NCBI GenBank assembly: GCA_052034935.1 | Contig: JBPOIB010000008.1 | Location: 2,511-66,510, forward strand | Source of the DNA: Candidatus Moraniibacteriota bacterium | GTDB taxonomy: Bacteria; Patescibacteriota; Minisyncoccia; Moranbacterales; UBA1568 | Length of the DNA: 64,000 bases | Direction of reading: 5' to 3' | Translations under genes and position numbers: made by a program | In this document: positions 8,912 to 18,092 of the stretch, in pieces | Layout: each line of letters begins with the position of its first letter | How positions within the stretch are numbered: position 1 is the first letter of the stretch | Notes under the pieces: generated by a model | Database searches by the model: none | What the model was told of the DNA's origin: nothing | The model's input: only the letters and a program-made list of their open reading frames with translations

Positions 8912-9130
8912 ATGAACCAAGAACAATCGAGTCGGGGTATCGATCGCCCCCTTCTCGTTTTGGATAGCACCGACAGAACGATGTCACTGCGTCCGCCTCA
9001 GTCGGCCAACGACGCTGCCACCGTCTCGGGCGATGATCAGGCTGCAGGGTCTCGTCCGAAGATTGGGATCAGCGAGGCCGTCCTTTCGCTCGGCGACAAC
9101 TACTGGGGTCGCCGGCCAGGCCGGTTGTAG
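8912..9130 (+). CDS. small hypothetical protein (72 aa)
   Basis: SD AGGAG; putative promoter TTGCAT-16-TAGGAT upstream; terminator hairpin at about 9151-9186. Confidence 0.55.
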   Translation: MNQEQSSRGIDRPLLVLDSTDRTMSLRPPQSANDAATVSGDDQAAGSRPKIGISEAVLSLGDNYWGRRPGRL

Positions 9131-9240
9131 CCCAAGCTGCAAGGCAGCGCAAGGGGGAGTCCTCAAAAGGGACTCCTTTTCATTTTGTCGCCAGTTTGAT
9201 ATCCTCACTCTGCTTTTAATGGTGAACTAGTGCGGCAATA

Positions 9241-9311
9241 CGGGCTGTAGTATATCGGCAGTACGCGTGCATGGGGTGCACGTAGGCCGGGTTCGATTCC
9301 CGGCAGCCCGA
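9241..9311 (+). tRNA. tRNA-Pro(GGG)
   Basis: acceptor stem CGGGCTG/CAGCCCG, anticodon arm CGTGC-ATGGGGT-GCACG, GTTCGATTC T-loop. Confidence 0.95.
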
Positions 9312-9335
9312 CTGAATAAAGTGGAGGAGTGATAA

Positions 9336-9357
9336 GAAGGCCAACTGCTTGGCTTTC
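9336..9357 (+). repeat. tRNA-downstream hairpin, partial copy of the element at 52718
   Basis: GAAGGCCAA-CTGC-TTGGCTTTC versus GGAAGCCAA-CTGC-TTGACTTCC. Confidence 0.6.
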
Positions 9358-9466
9358 GTCTGGGATATTGAAGGAGTCCCCGGTAGTCTAACGCTGATTG
9401 AGGAAGGGGATAGAAAACCTCTCTCCCTCTATGCTACAATTCAGGTATAAGATTTGATTGTATTCT

Positions 9467-10228
9467 ATGGAGACCCCGTACCTGTCGGTCTTGATTCCTG
9501 CATATAAAGAAGGTGAACGCATCGGGCATAATCTGCTCGAGATTGACCGGTTCCTGAAAGGAAAATCATTCACTTACGAAATTATTGTTGCTGTCGACGG
9601 TTCGCCAGACAATACGGCTGAGATTTCGCGCAATTACGCGCTCTCCATTCCTCATCTGCGTGTGATTGAAAATAAGGAGAACCGCGGTAAAGGCGCTGTG
9701 GTACGGCAGCTCCTTCTCGAGGGCAAGGGCGAGTACCGTGCCTTCCTCGATGCAGATGGCTCGACGTCCATCACACACCTTGATGCCTGCCTGCCACCGT
9801 TCACTGAAGGCTATGATGTCGTGATTGGTTCGCGCAAGATCGAAGGTGCTTTCGTTCAAGTACACCAGCCACGCCATCGCGAAATCATGGGTGAAGGAGG
9901 GAACTGGCTCATCCGCATTGTTCTCGGTCTTTGGAGCTATCCTGATACTCAGTGCGGTTTCAAGATGCTTTCGGCTAAGGCGGCTGAGGCTATCGCGAGC
10001 CGTATGGTTGTCGATCGCTTCGGCTTCGATTTCGAACTCATCATTCTTGCCGAGAAACTCGGCTTTAAGGTGAAGCAGGTGCCCGTACGCTGGATGAACG
10101 AGGAGGGATCGACGGTAAGTCTGACGGGGCCGAATGGCTTCATTCAGGTGCTCATCGATCTCTTCAAGACAAAGTGGCGGCTCATGACCGGCCAGTACAA
10201 AATCGGTGACTACAAGCGTGGCGCGTAG
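9467..10228 (+). CDS. GT2 polyprenol-phosphate glycosyltransferase (ALG5/DPM-like)
   Basis: LSVLIPAYKE, VDGSPDNT, NRGKG, FLDADGS, DTQCGFK. Confidence 0.92.
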   Translation: METPYLSVLIPAYKEGERIGHNLLEIDRFLKGKSFTYEIIVAVDGSPDNTAEISRNYALSIPHLRVIENKENRGKGAVVRQLLLEGKGEYRAFLDADGSTSITHLDACLPPFTEGYDVVIGSRKIEGAFVQVHQPRHREIMGEGGNWLIRIVLGLWSYPDTQCGFKMLSAKAAEAIASRMVVDRFGFDFELIILAEKLGFKVKQVPVRWMNEEGSTVSLTGPNGFIQVLIDLFKTKWRLMTGQYKIGDYKRGA

Positions 10229-10257
10229 GGCAAGGCAAAAAAAGAACACACACAAAC

Positions 10258-11280
10258 ATGTCAGCGAAAGACCATCACAATGAGAAGCCGGCCTCCGAGC
10301 TCAGGCAAGATATCGTGACCGGCGATTGGGTCATCATCGCGACCGCCCGGTCCAGGCGGCCGGATGATTTTGTCGCGCCGCCCCGGGCAGATGCCGAAGA
10401 AGGCGTCGATATCTTCGAAGATCCGAAAGCGAGCGGCCAAGAGGAAGACGTTCTCGTTTATATGCGACCGGACGGTGACTGGAGTCTGCGCGTCTTTCCG
10501 AACAAGTACCCGGCGGTTTCAGGTGGTGGCCGCGGGAAGTCGCTTGCAGAGGGGCCGTATTTCGGCATGTCGGGAGTCGGCTACCATGAGGTGATCGTGA
10601 CGCGCGACAACAAGCGCCATATCGCGCTCATGGAAACCTGGCAGGTAGCAGAGCTTCTCGATGCCTATCAAGACCGGTATGTCGCGCTTATGAACAAAGC
10701 GGGTGTGAATTATATCCAGATTTTTCATAATCATGGGAAAGAGGCCGGTGCCTCGGTCCCTCATCCGCACTCGCAGCTCATGGCGATACCAGTTGTGTCG
10801 CCGTATGTCGAATCGATTCTCGCTGGTGCCGGGCGCTTTCATCGCAGTCATCACCAGCGCGTCTATGGTGTGATGGTGGAGCACGAGCTCGAGAAGAAGA
10901 AGCGGCTCGTCTATGAGAATGATGACTTTGTCGTTTTTGTGCCCTATGCTTCTCGGGTCGCCTTCGAGCTCTGGGTCGTCGGTAAGCGGCCCAACCCGTA
11001 TTTCGAGCGTATCACTGATAAGGAGAAGTATAGCTGTGGTGATGCGCTCCAGAAGGCACTGCAAGCAATTTATAAAGGTCTTGGCGATCCGGCTTATAAT
11101 TTCTACCTCTACACCGCACCCTGCGACGGACGTGACTACCCGTATTTCCAGTGGCATATCGAGATCGCTCCCCACACCTCTACCTGGGCCGGATTCGAAC
11201 TTTCGACCGGTATCGAGATCTCATCGATTGAACCAGAAAAAGCAGCGGTGTTTCTCCGGAAACAGCTCGCGAGCGATTAA
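10258..11280 (+). CDS. galT: galactose-1-phosphate uridylyltransferase family protein
   Basis: ELRQDIVTGDWVI, NKYPA, GASVPHPHSQ. Confidence 0.9.
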   Translation: MSAKDHHNEKPASELRQDIVTGDWVIIATARSRRPDDFVAPPRADAEEGVDIFEDPKASGQEEDVLVYMRPDGDWSLRVFPNKYPAVSGGGRGKSLAEGPYFGMSGVGYHEVIVTRDNKRHIALMETWQVAELLDAYQDRYVALMNKAGVNYIQIFHNHGKEAGASVPHPHSQLMAIPVVSPYVESILAGAGRFHRSHHQRVYGVMVEHELEKKKRLVYENDDFVVFVPYASRVAFELWVVGKRPNPYFERITDKEKYSCGDALQKALQAIYKGLGDPAYNFYLYTAPCDGRDYPYFQWHIEIAPHTSTWAGFELSTGIEISSIEPEKAAVFLRKQLASD

Positions 11281-11283
11281 TCT

Positions 11284-12066
11284 ATGGCTCCTTTCTCCGT
11301 CATTGGTAATCTGAAGATGAATCTGCTGTCGCGCGAGGAATGCGACGAGTACGTGTCGCAGCTCCGCCGCGAATCAGCCGGTAAAACCTTCGCGCATGCA
11401 CGGGGAATCATCGCTCCGCCGGCCATCCATATGAATCGCTTTCAAAATCTCCCACCCGGATTCTCGCTCGCTGCACAGAATATGGGTTGGGAGACGAAGG
11501 GTGCTTTTACCGGCGAGATATCGCCTCTCATGCTCCGCGATGCTGGCGTCACACACGTAATTCTCGGCCACAGCGAGCGGCGTATGTATGCCGGCGAAAC
11601 GGACGAGTTAGTCGCAAAAAAGGCTCGACTCGCCCTGAAGGAGGGAATTACGCCGATTGTCTGCATTGGAGAAACAATGGAGGAGCGCGAGCGCGAAGAG
11701 ACAACCGGAGTTATTGAACAGTCGGTCCGGACGATTTACACGGGACTTTCCTCGCTTTTCGCCGAACGCGTTATCCTTGCCTATGAGCCCCGTTGGGCAA
11801 TCGGAACGGGTATGACACCGGCCACAGCTGATATCCTTCAGGTGAAGGTCTATCTCCGCAAGCTCTTTTCCGAGTTGTACGATCCGGCATTCGCTGAGCG
11901 AGTTTCTGTTATCTATGGTGGATCGGTCAAGGCGGCGACGCTTGCGGCGGTCTCCTGGGAAGCGGAGATGTCGGGGGTGCTCGTTGGAGGGGAGAGTCTC
12001 TATCCGCGCGAGCTCGTGAAGATGCTTTCTGAGGCAGATGCTTATTTCACGAATCTCCAATCATAA
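11284..12066 (+). CDS. tpiA: triosephosphate isomerase
   Basis: GNLKMN, GHSERR, AYEPRWAIGTG, YGGSV. Confidence 0.95.
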   Translation: MAPFSVIGNLKMNLLSREECDEYVSQLRRESAGKTFAHARGIIAPPAIHMNRFQNLPPGFSLAAQNMGWETKGAFTGEISPLMLRDAGVTHVILGHSERRMYAGETDELVAKKARLALKEGITPIVCIGETMEEREREETTGVIEQSVRTIYTGLSSLFAERVILAYEPRWAIGTGMTPATADILQVKVYLRKLFSELYDPAFAERVSVIYGGSVKAATLAAVSWEAEMSGVLVGGESLYPRELVKMLSEADAYFTNLQS

Positions 12067-12071
12067 TCACT

Positions 12072-12932
12072 ATGCTCATTTCAGCCAAGAAAATCCTGAC
12101 CGAAGCACAAGAGAACGGCTATGCGGTCGGTGCGTTCAATACCGTCAATCTTGAGACAACGTGGGCTATCCTCGAAGCAGCTGCCGATCGCCGATCGCCA
12201 GTCATCGTACAGATGACAGAAAAGACATTCCAGTACGGTGGTGGTCATGCGATGTATCACCTCGTGAAGAACATCGCCGATTTTTACTTTCCCGATATCC
12301 CACTGGCGATTCATCTGGATCATGGCCGGAATCTGGCTGTTGTTCGTGAAGCGCTTGCGATTGGCTTCAAATCAGTGATGATGGATGCTTCCACTTTACC
12401 CTACGAGGAAAACAAGGCAGCGACGGCGATGATCGTCGAGGAAGCCCGATCGAAAGGTGCAACCGTGCAAGGGGAACTCGGCAATGTCCCTTACAAGGGC
12501 GAAGTATCCGATATCGAACATATGGACTGGGACAAGTACATGACGAATCCGGCGCAGGCAGATGCCTATGTTAGGGACACAGGTGTGGACACACTCGCGG
12601 TTGGTATCGGCAACGCTCATGGTTCGTTCCCGGAGCGACTGGAACCTGATTTCGATCGGCTGAAGGCGATCCACGAGCGGATCAAAATTCCCCTCGTGCT
12701 GCATGGAGCTTCTGACTGGGAGGGGGAGAAAGTTGCGAAGGTCATCGGTCTCGGAGTTGCCTGCTTTAATGTTGAGACCGCTACTAAAACCGCCTTCATC
12801 AATACGTTGCGTGAAACCTTGCCAACGAATGAGGCTGTCGATATCCGGAAAATCCTCATGCCGGCGCGAGAAGCTTTTCGCGAGGCAGTGAAGGCGAAAA
12901 TGGATCTTTTTGGTTCGACTGGGAAAGCATAA
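12072..12932 (+). CDS. fba: class II fructose-bisphosphate aldolase
   Basis: YAVGAFN, HLDHG, GNAHG, LVLHG. Confidence 0.93.
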   Translation: MLISAKKILTEAQENGYAVGAFNTVNLETTWAILEAAADRRSPVIVQMTEKTFQYGGGHAMYHLVKNIADFYFPDIPLAIHLDHGRNLAVVREALAIGFKSVMMDASTLPYEENKAATAMIVEEARSKGATVQGELGNVPYKGEVSDIEHMDWDKYMTNPAQADAYVRDTGVDTLAVGIGNAHGSFPERLEPDFDRLKAIHERIKIPLVLHGASDWEGEKVAKVIGLGVACFNVETATKTAFINTLRETLPTNEAVDIRKILMPAREAFREAVKAKMDLFGSTGKA

Positions 12933-12944
12933 ATAAAAAAAGTC

Positions 12945-13961
12945 ATGCCTATGGAAAAAGAAATGAAGCGGATTGCGATCAATGGTTTCGGACGGATCGG
13001 CCGTGCCGCTTTCAAAATTGCGCTTGAAAAGCAAGATCTTGAGGTAGTCGCTATCAATGATCTGACAGAAGCGGGCGTACTCGCTCACCTTCTGTCGCAT
13101 GATACGGCCTATGGAGCCTATGCCAGGACGGTCGTAGCAGGAGAGAAGAAACTGATTGTTGACGGCAAAGAATACCCGGTTTTTGCCGAACCGGATCCGC
13201 TCAAACTTCCCTGGAAAGAATACGATGTCGATGTCGTGCTCGAGTGCACTGGCCGTTTTACTGACAAGGACTCCTCAGCTCAGCATCTGACTGCCGGTGC
13301 GAAGCGCGTCGTCCTCTCGGCTCCGTCGAAGGGGGATGACGGCTCGGTGCCGACTTTTCTTATCGGCGTGAATGCCGATGGCTATGCGGCCGAGACTGTC
13401 ATCTCGAACGCATCCTGCACAACAAACTCGCTCGCGCCGGTCGCGAAGGTCCTTCATGACCGCTTTGGCATCGATAAGGCACTGATGAGCACGATTCATT
13501 CATATACTGCTGACCAGAGCATCCAGGATGGCCCCCACAAGGACTTGCGCCGAGCTCGTGCCGCTGCCCAGAATATCGTGCCGACGACGACGGGCGCAGC
13601 GATCGCAGTGACGCAGGTCATGCCCGAACTCGCTGGACGATTCGATGGTCTTTCGTTCCGGGTCCCGACCATTGTCGTATCGCTTACTGATTTCACCTTC
13701 GTTCTGAAGAAGAAAACAACAGTTGAAGAGATCAATGAGGCACTCACTGAAGCGAGTCGTAATCCGCGTTACGCCCATGTGCTTGCTGTCACCGACGAAC
13801 CGCTGGTCTCATCGGACTTCATCGGCAACCCGCACTCATCAATCGTCGATTTATCACTGACGAAGGTAATTGATGGTGATCTCGTGAAAGTGGTCGCGTG
13901 GTATGATAACGAATGGGGCTACTCGAACCGCCTTGTTGAAATGGCGGCTTTGATTGGATAA
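12945..13961 (+). CDS. gap: type I glyceraldehyde-3-phosphate dehydrogenase (start may be 12963)
   Basis: INGFGRIGR, SNASCTTN, WYDNEWGYS. Confidence 0.97.
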   Translation: MPMEKEMKRIAINGFGRIGRAAFKIALEKQDLEVVAINDLTEAGVLAHLLSHDTAYGAYARTVVAGEKKLIVDGKEYPVFAEPDPLKLPWKEYDVDVVLECTGRFTDKDSSAQHLTAGAKRVVLSAPSKGDDGSVPTFLIGVNADGYAAETVISNASCTTNSLAPVAKVLHDRFGIDKALMSTIHSYTADQSIQDGPHKDLRRARAAAQNIVPTTTGAAIAVTQVMPELAGRFDGLSFRVPTIVVSLTDFTFVLKKKTTVEEINEALTEASRNPRYAHVLAVTDEPLVSSDFIGNPHSSIVDLSLTKVIDGDLVKVVAWYDNEWGYSNRLVEMAALIG

Positions 13962-13984
13962 AACAAAAAAATGCTCGGGCGGTT

Positions 13985-15574
13985 ATGTATGACGTCCTTA
14001 TCAAGCATGGCACGCTGATCGACGGCTCCGGCGAGCCGATGTTTCAGGGTGATCTTGCAATTCAAGAAGACACGATTGTCGCGCTCGGGAATGTTGACGG
14101 AGCAGCAGAACAGGTGATTGATGCGACGGGGAAATATATCGCACCAGGATTTATCGACGTCAATAACCATGCGGACACGTACTGGGAACTCTTCGGCCAT
14201 CCGTCACTCGAGAGCTTACTCTACCAGGGAGTGACGACTATCGTCGGTGGAAATTCTGGCTCTTCGCTCGCTCCGCTGACGCGTCCCGATATCATCCGTT
14301 CGATCCAGAAATGGACTGATGTCAGTCGGATCAATTTCAACTGGTTGACGATGAAGGAGTTTTTTTCTGCTGTCGACAAACGTCGGACATCGGTCAACTT
14401 CGCAACACTTGTCGGTCATGGGACACTCCGTCGCGGAGCGATGAAAGATGAGACACGCCCCATTCATGATGCGGAAGTCGAGGTAATGGAGAAGCTTTTG
14501 AAGCAAGCGCTCCGCGAAGGCGCGATCGGATTTTCGACTGGACTCTTGTATACGCATGCCCGCGGAGCGCACATCAATGAAATTCTTCGACTTGTGGAGC
14601 TGGTTCACGATCAGAAAGGGGTCTACGCGACGTATGTCCGTGACGAAGGCGAGGGCCTGGTGAGGGCGGTGGAGGAGGCGGTGACGGTGGCGCGGAAATC
14701 CGAGGTACCACTTCATATCTCTCACCTGAAAGCGGTTGGCAAGAAAAATTGGCATCTCATGGATGAGGCTTTCAATCTTATCGAAACGGCCGCTTTGAAT
14801 CAGCTCGATATCAGTTTCGACGTCTATCCGTATACGAGTACTGGATCAGTGCTCTACACTTTTCTTCCGACCTGGATCACTGAAAATGGTGCCAAGCTTA
14901 TGTTGGCGCGGCTCCGGGATGCGAAAGTGCGCGAGGCGGTCGTTGCCGAAATGAGGAAAGGCGGAATCGACTACTCATCGATGGTGCTCGCGGTGACGAA
15001 CTTGAACAAAATGCTTTCGCGGCGGAAGATTTCCGAAATCGCGATCCTCCACGGTAAGCCACCGGAAGAGGTGGTGATCGATGTCCTTCTGGCAAGTGAG
15101 GGTCGGGCCATCGTCTCAATCGAGACACTCTCTGAGAAGAACGTGAAAAAAGCCATCCAGCATCCATTCTCTATCATCAGTACGAATGGTTCAGGTTATC
15201 ATATCGATCATGGGAATACGGGTGACCATGTTCATCCGCGGAACTTTGGGACCTTCCCCAGGGTTTTTTCTGAATACGTCCGACAGGCACACGCGTTATC
15301 ATGGGAGGAAGCCGTGCATAAGATGACCGGCAAGCCGGCGAAAAAATTCAAACTCGAGGGGAGGGGGGTTCTGAAAGTGGGGAATATTGCTGATATCGTC
15401 ATCTTTGATCCGGCACATATCAGCGATACCGCTACGCTCGAAAATCCCTACCAGTACGCAAAGGGAGTAGACTATCTGATCGTCAATGGGATTTTGACGA
15501 TTGAACAAGGGGTGTATAATGGCAGTCGGTCCGGAAAAGTTTATCGTAAGCCACATTCCTGGCTCCCTTGGTAA
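13985..15574 (+). CDS. N-acyl-D-amino-acid deacylase family protein with a degenerate active site
   Basis: PGFID, QGVTT, FDVYPY, HPRNFGTFPR, ADIVIFDP; several metal ligands are substituted. Confidence 0.88.
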   Translation: MYDVLIKHGTLIDGSGEPMFQGDLAIQEDTIVALGNVDGAAEQVIDATGKYIAPGFIDVNNHADTYWELFGHPSLESLLYQGVTTIVGGNSGSSLAPLTRPDIIRSIQKWTDVSRINFNWLTMKEFFSAVDKRRTSVNFATLVGHGTLRRGAMKDETRPIHDAEVEVMEKLLKQALREGAIGFSTGLLYTHARGAHINEILRLVELVHDQKGVYATYVRDEGEGLVRAVEEAVTVARKSEVPLHISHLKAVGKKNWHLMDEAFNLIETAALNQLDISFDVYPYTSTGSVLYTFLPTWITENGAKLMLARLRDAKVREAVVAEMRKGGIDYSSMVLAVTNLNKMLSRRKISEIAILHGKPPEEVVIDVLLASEGRAIVSIETLSEKNVKKAIQHPFSIISTNGSGYHIDHGNTGDHVHPRNFGTFPRVFSEYVRQAHALSWEEAVHKMTGKPAKKFKLEGRGVLKVGNIADIVIFDPAHISDTATLENPYQYAKGVDYLIVNGILTIEQGVYNGSRSGKVYRKPHSWLPW

Positions 15575-15577
15575 GAG

Positions 15578-16195
15578 ATGTATATGCAATTATCGACTGG
15601 TTTTTTCCCGAAGCTTCTTCTTGGAGCATACACGGGACTCTTTGCCGCCCTCGCCTTTGATCCATACGACCGAACGGTATGGGTTGCTGAAAATCTTCCG
15701 ATTGTTGGTATTGTTCTCATCCTCGGAATCCTTTACTGGAAGGGTATCCGTTTTTCACCGCTCGCGTACGGGCTCATGAGTATTCTCGTCTTCTTACATA
15801 CGATTGGTGGCCACTTTACCTTCGAGCGCGTCCCATTTGGCTGGTTCAATGACCTCTTCGGTTTCGAACGGAATATGTACGACCGGGTCGCACACTTCAG
15901 TGTCGGATTCTATGCGTATGCTTTCGCGGAATGGCTCGACCGCTCAGCGGTCTCGGCACAGCGTTTCGTTATCTACTTGTTTCCGCTCTTCACAATTGCT
16001 TTTGTTGCGATGAGCTATGAAATCATCGAATGGTGGTTTGCGGTCTCGAGCGACCCGAATGCCGGTGGCGCCTTTCTCGGAAGCCAGGGCGATATCTGGG
16101 ATGCTCAGAAAGATATGCTCGCGGATACGCTGGGAGCACTTGCTGCGCTGGTTTTTTATGCGATAGCGAGATTACGCCGTCCGGTCATCCAGTAG
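15578..16195 (+). CDS. DUF2238/YjdF inner membrane protein
   Basis: HTIGGHFTF, RNMYDRVAHF, FLGSQGDIWDAQKDM. Confidence 0.9.
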   Translation: MYMQLSTGFFPKLLLGAYTGLFAALAFDPYDRTVWVAENLPIVGIVLILGILYWKGIRFSPLAYGLMSILVFLHTIGGHFTFERVPFGWFNDLFGFERNMYDRVAHFSVGFYAYAFAEWLDRSAVSAQRFVIYLFPLFTIAFVAMSYEIIEWWFAVSSDPNAGGAFLGSQGDIWDAQKDMLADTLGALAALVFYAIARLRRPVIQ

Positions 16196-16205
16196 CAGAA
16201 ATCGT

Positions 16206-17627
16206 ATGGATATGCTGAAACAAGAGTGGTTCAAAGGAAAACGAGTGACCGTGTTCGGAATCGGTCTCAATCGTGGCGCCCTAGCGACAATCCGTTTCCT
16301 GGCCGAGTCGGGCGTGAAGGAGGTGATTGCGACCGACATCAAGACCGCAGAAGACCTTGCGCCTACCCTCAAGGACCTCACGGCATATAAGAACATCACG
16401 TATGTCCTCGGCCAACACCGGAGCGAAGACTTCACGCATGTCGATATGGTCGTGAAGAATCCGATCATTTCTTGGACCAACGACTATATCAAGCTTGCAC
16501 TCGAACATAAGATACCGGTTGAGATGGATGCGAGCCTGTTCGTTCGGCTCTGTCGGCAGCCGATGATTGGCATTACCGGAACGAAGGGGAAAACGACAAC
16601 CTCTTCTCTCATCGCTCATATTCTGGAACGATCGCGACAGTCAATTGTTCGGGCGGGTATCAGTCAGGTAGGCTTTCTGGACGTGCTCAAAAAAGTTGCG
16701 TCGGATACGACGGTCGTTGCTGAACTCTCGAGCTGGCGTCTCTCATCGTTCGTACCCCATTCGTATTCTCCGCACATCGCTGTCGTTACGAATATCTATC
16801 CCGATCACCTTAACTATTATAAGAAGATGAGCGCGTATGTCGCGGACAAAGCGGCAATCTTCCGTTTCCAGAAGAAGGATGGTATTCTCGTCCTCAATCA
16901 TGATAATGACGGAGCCCGCGAATTTGCCTCCCAAGCGAGAGGGAGACTGGTCTGGTTTTCCGAACATGATCTCTCGGATGGGCAAGGGGTGTTCGTTCGC
17001 TCGGGATCGGTATATGAGCGAACGGCCGAGGGAGAGAAAGAACTTTTTCTGTGGCCGAAGACATACCTTCTCGGAGATCATAATCGGAGCAATGTTCTCG
17101 CTGCAATCGCTGTCGCACGTCTGAAAGGGATAAACGAAGCCAATATCCTCGATGCTCTCGAGAGTTTTTCCGGCGTGCCACACCGTCTTGAATTCGTGGG
17201 AGAGAAGGAGGGGGTTCAATTCTATAATGATACTGCCGCCACGATGCCGGAAGCGGCTATCGCCGGTATCCGTTCGTTCGTTCGACCGGTGGTACTCATC
17301 GCTGGTGGCGCCGACAAGGCTTTTGAATATGATGAATTGGCCAGAGTTTTTGCAACTGAACCGAAATCAGTCATTCTCCTTAAGGGGACAGCAACCGAAA
17401 AGCTCCGGCCGCTTATGGAAAGGGTAGCCCTTGCTTCGGGCAAAACAGAAGCTCTTTTTCCTGTTGTAGCGAGCATGGACGATGCGCTCCGTCTCGCGAG
17501 AGATGAAGCATCCGAAGGCGATGTCATTCTCTTGTCTCCGGGAGTCGCCAGCTTCGGCCTCTTCCAGAATGAATTCGATCGTGGTGACCAGTTTCGGGCA
17601 GGGGTGAAACGACTCCTCTCTTCTTAG
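16206..17627 (+). CDS. murD: UDP-MurNAc-L-Ala:D-Glu ligase
   Basis: GITGTKGKTTT, ELSSW, HRLE, LLSPG..S...F.NEFDRG. Confidence 0.93.
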   Translation: MDMLKQEWFKGKRVTVFGIGLNRGALATIRFLAESGVKEVIATDIKTAEDLAPTLKDLTAYKNITYVLGQHRSEDFTHVDMVVKNPIISWTNDYIKLALEHKIPVEMDASLFVRLCRQPMIGITGTKGKTTTSSLIAHILERSRQSIVRAGISQVGFLDVLKKVASDTTVVAELSSWRLSSFVPHSYSPHIAVVTNIYPDHLNYYKKMSAYVADKAAIFRFQKKDGILVLNHDNDGAREFASQARGRLVWFSEHDLSDGQGVFVRSGSVYERTAEGEKELFLWPKTYLLGDHNRSNVLAAIAVARLKGINEANILDALESFSGVPHRLEFVGEKEGVQFYNDTAATMPEAAIAGIRSFVRPVVLIAGGADKAFEYDELARVFATEPKSVILLKGTATEKLRPLMERVALASGKTEALFPVVASMDDALRLARDEASEGDVILLSPGVASFGLFQNEFDRGDQFRAGVKRLLSS

Positions 17628-17738
17628 GCTGCGTTGATCCCGCTAGAAAGACGAGCCTACCGAATATAACTAAAATAGTCGGAAGAGGTGAACCGTAGTG
17701 AAGGAGGGTGATCGGCGAGAGAGATCTTTCTCACCAGA

Positions 17739-17786
17739 TTGACAGTTTTTCACAGAATGCGCTAATATACCCCCAGAGGGTATATT
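17739..17786 (+). promoter_or_regulatory. sigma70 promoter overlapped by a CsoR-family operator palindrome
   Basis: TTGACA at 17739; AATATACCC-ccaga-GGGTATATT at 17764-17786 covers the -10/+1 region. Confidence 0.8.
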
Positions 17787-17797
17787 TATTTTCTCTT

Positions 17798-18082
17798 ATG
17801 CCACGCACACTAGCCGGAAAGAAAGTGCTAACGAAGAAGTCGAGCGAAGGGCATGATGCTGTCTTGGCTCGCATCTCACGCATCGAGGGTCAGCTCCGAG
17901 GTATCCGCCGGATGGTCGAGGAAAATACGGAGTGTCTTGATATCATTGCACAGATTTCGGCGATTCGCGAAGCTGTTGCGATGCTTGGCGTTGAGCTCCT
18001 CAAGGATGACTTTGTCTGCAAGTGGGAGGGAAAGAAAAAGATCGATGAGGCGTATCTCAAGAGCCTTTTTAAAATGCAATAA
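17798..18082 (+). CDS. CsoR/RcnR/CstR family repressor
   Basis: RISRIEGQLRGIRRMVE, CLDIIAQISAIREA. Confidence 0.92.
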   Translation: MPRTLAGKKVLTKKSSEGHDAVLARISRIEGQLRGIRRMVEENTECLDIIAQISAIREAVAMLGVELLKDDFVCKWEGKKKIDEAYLKSLFKMQ

Positions 18083-18092
18083 TTATAAAAAT

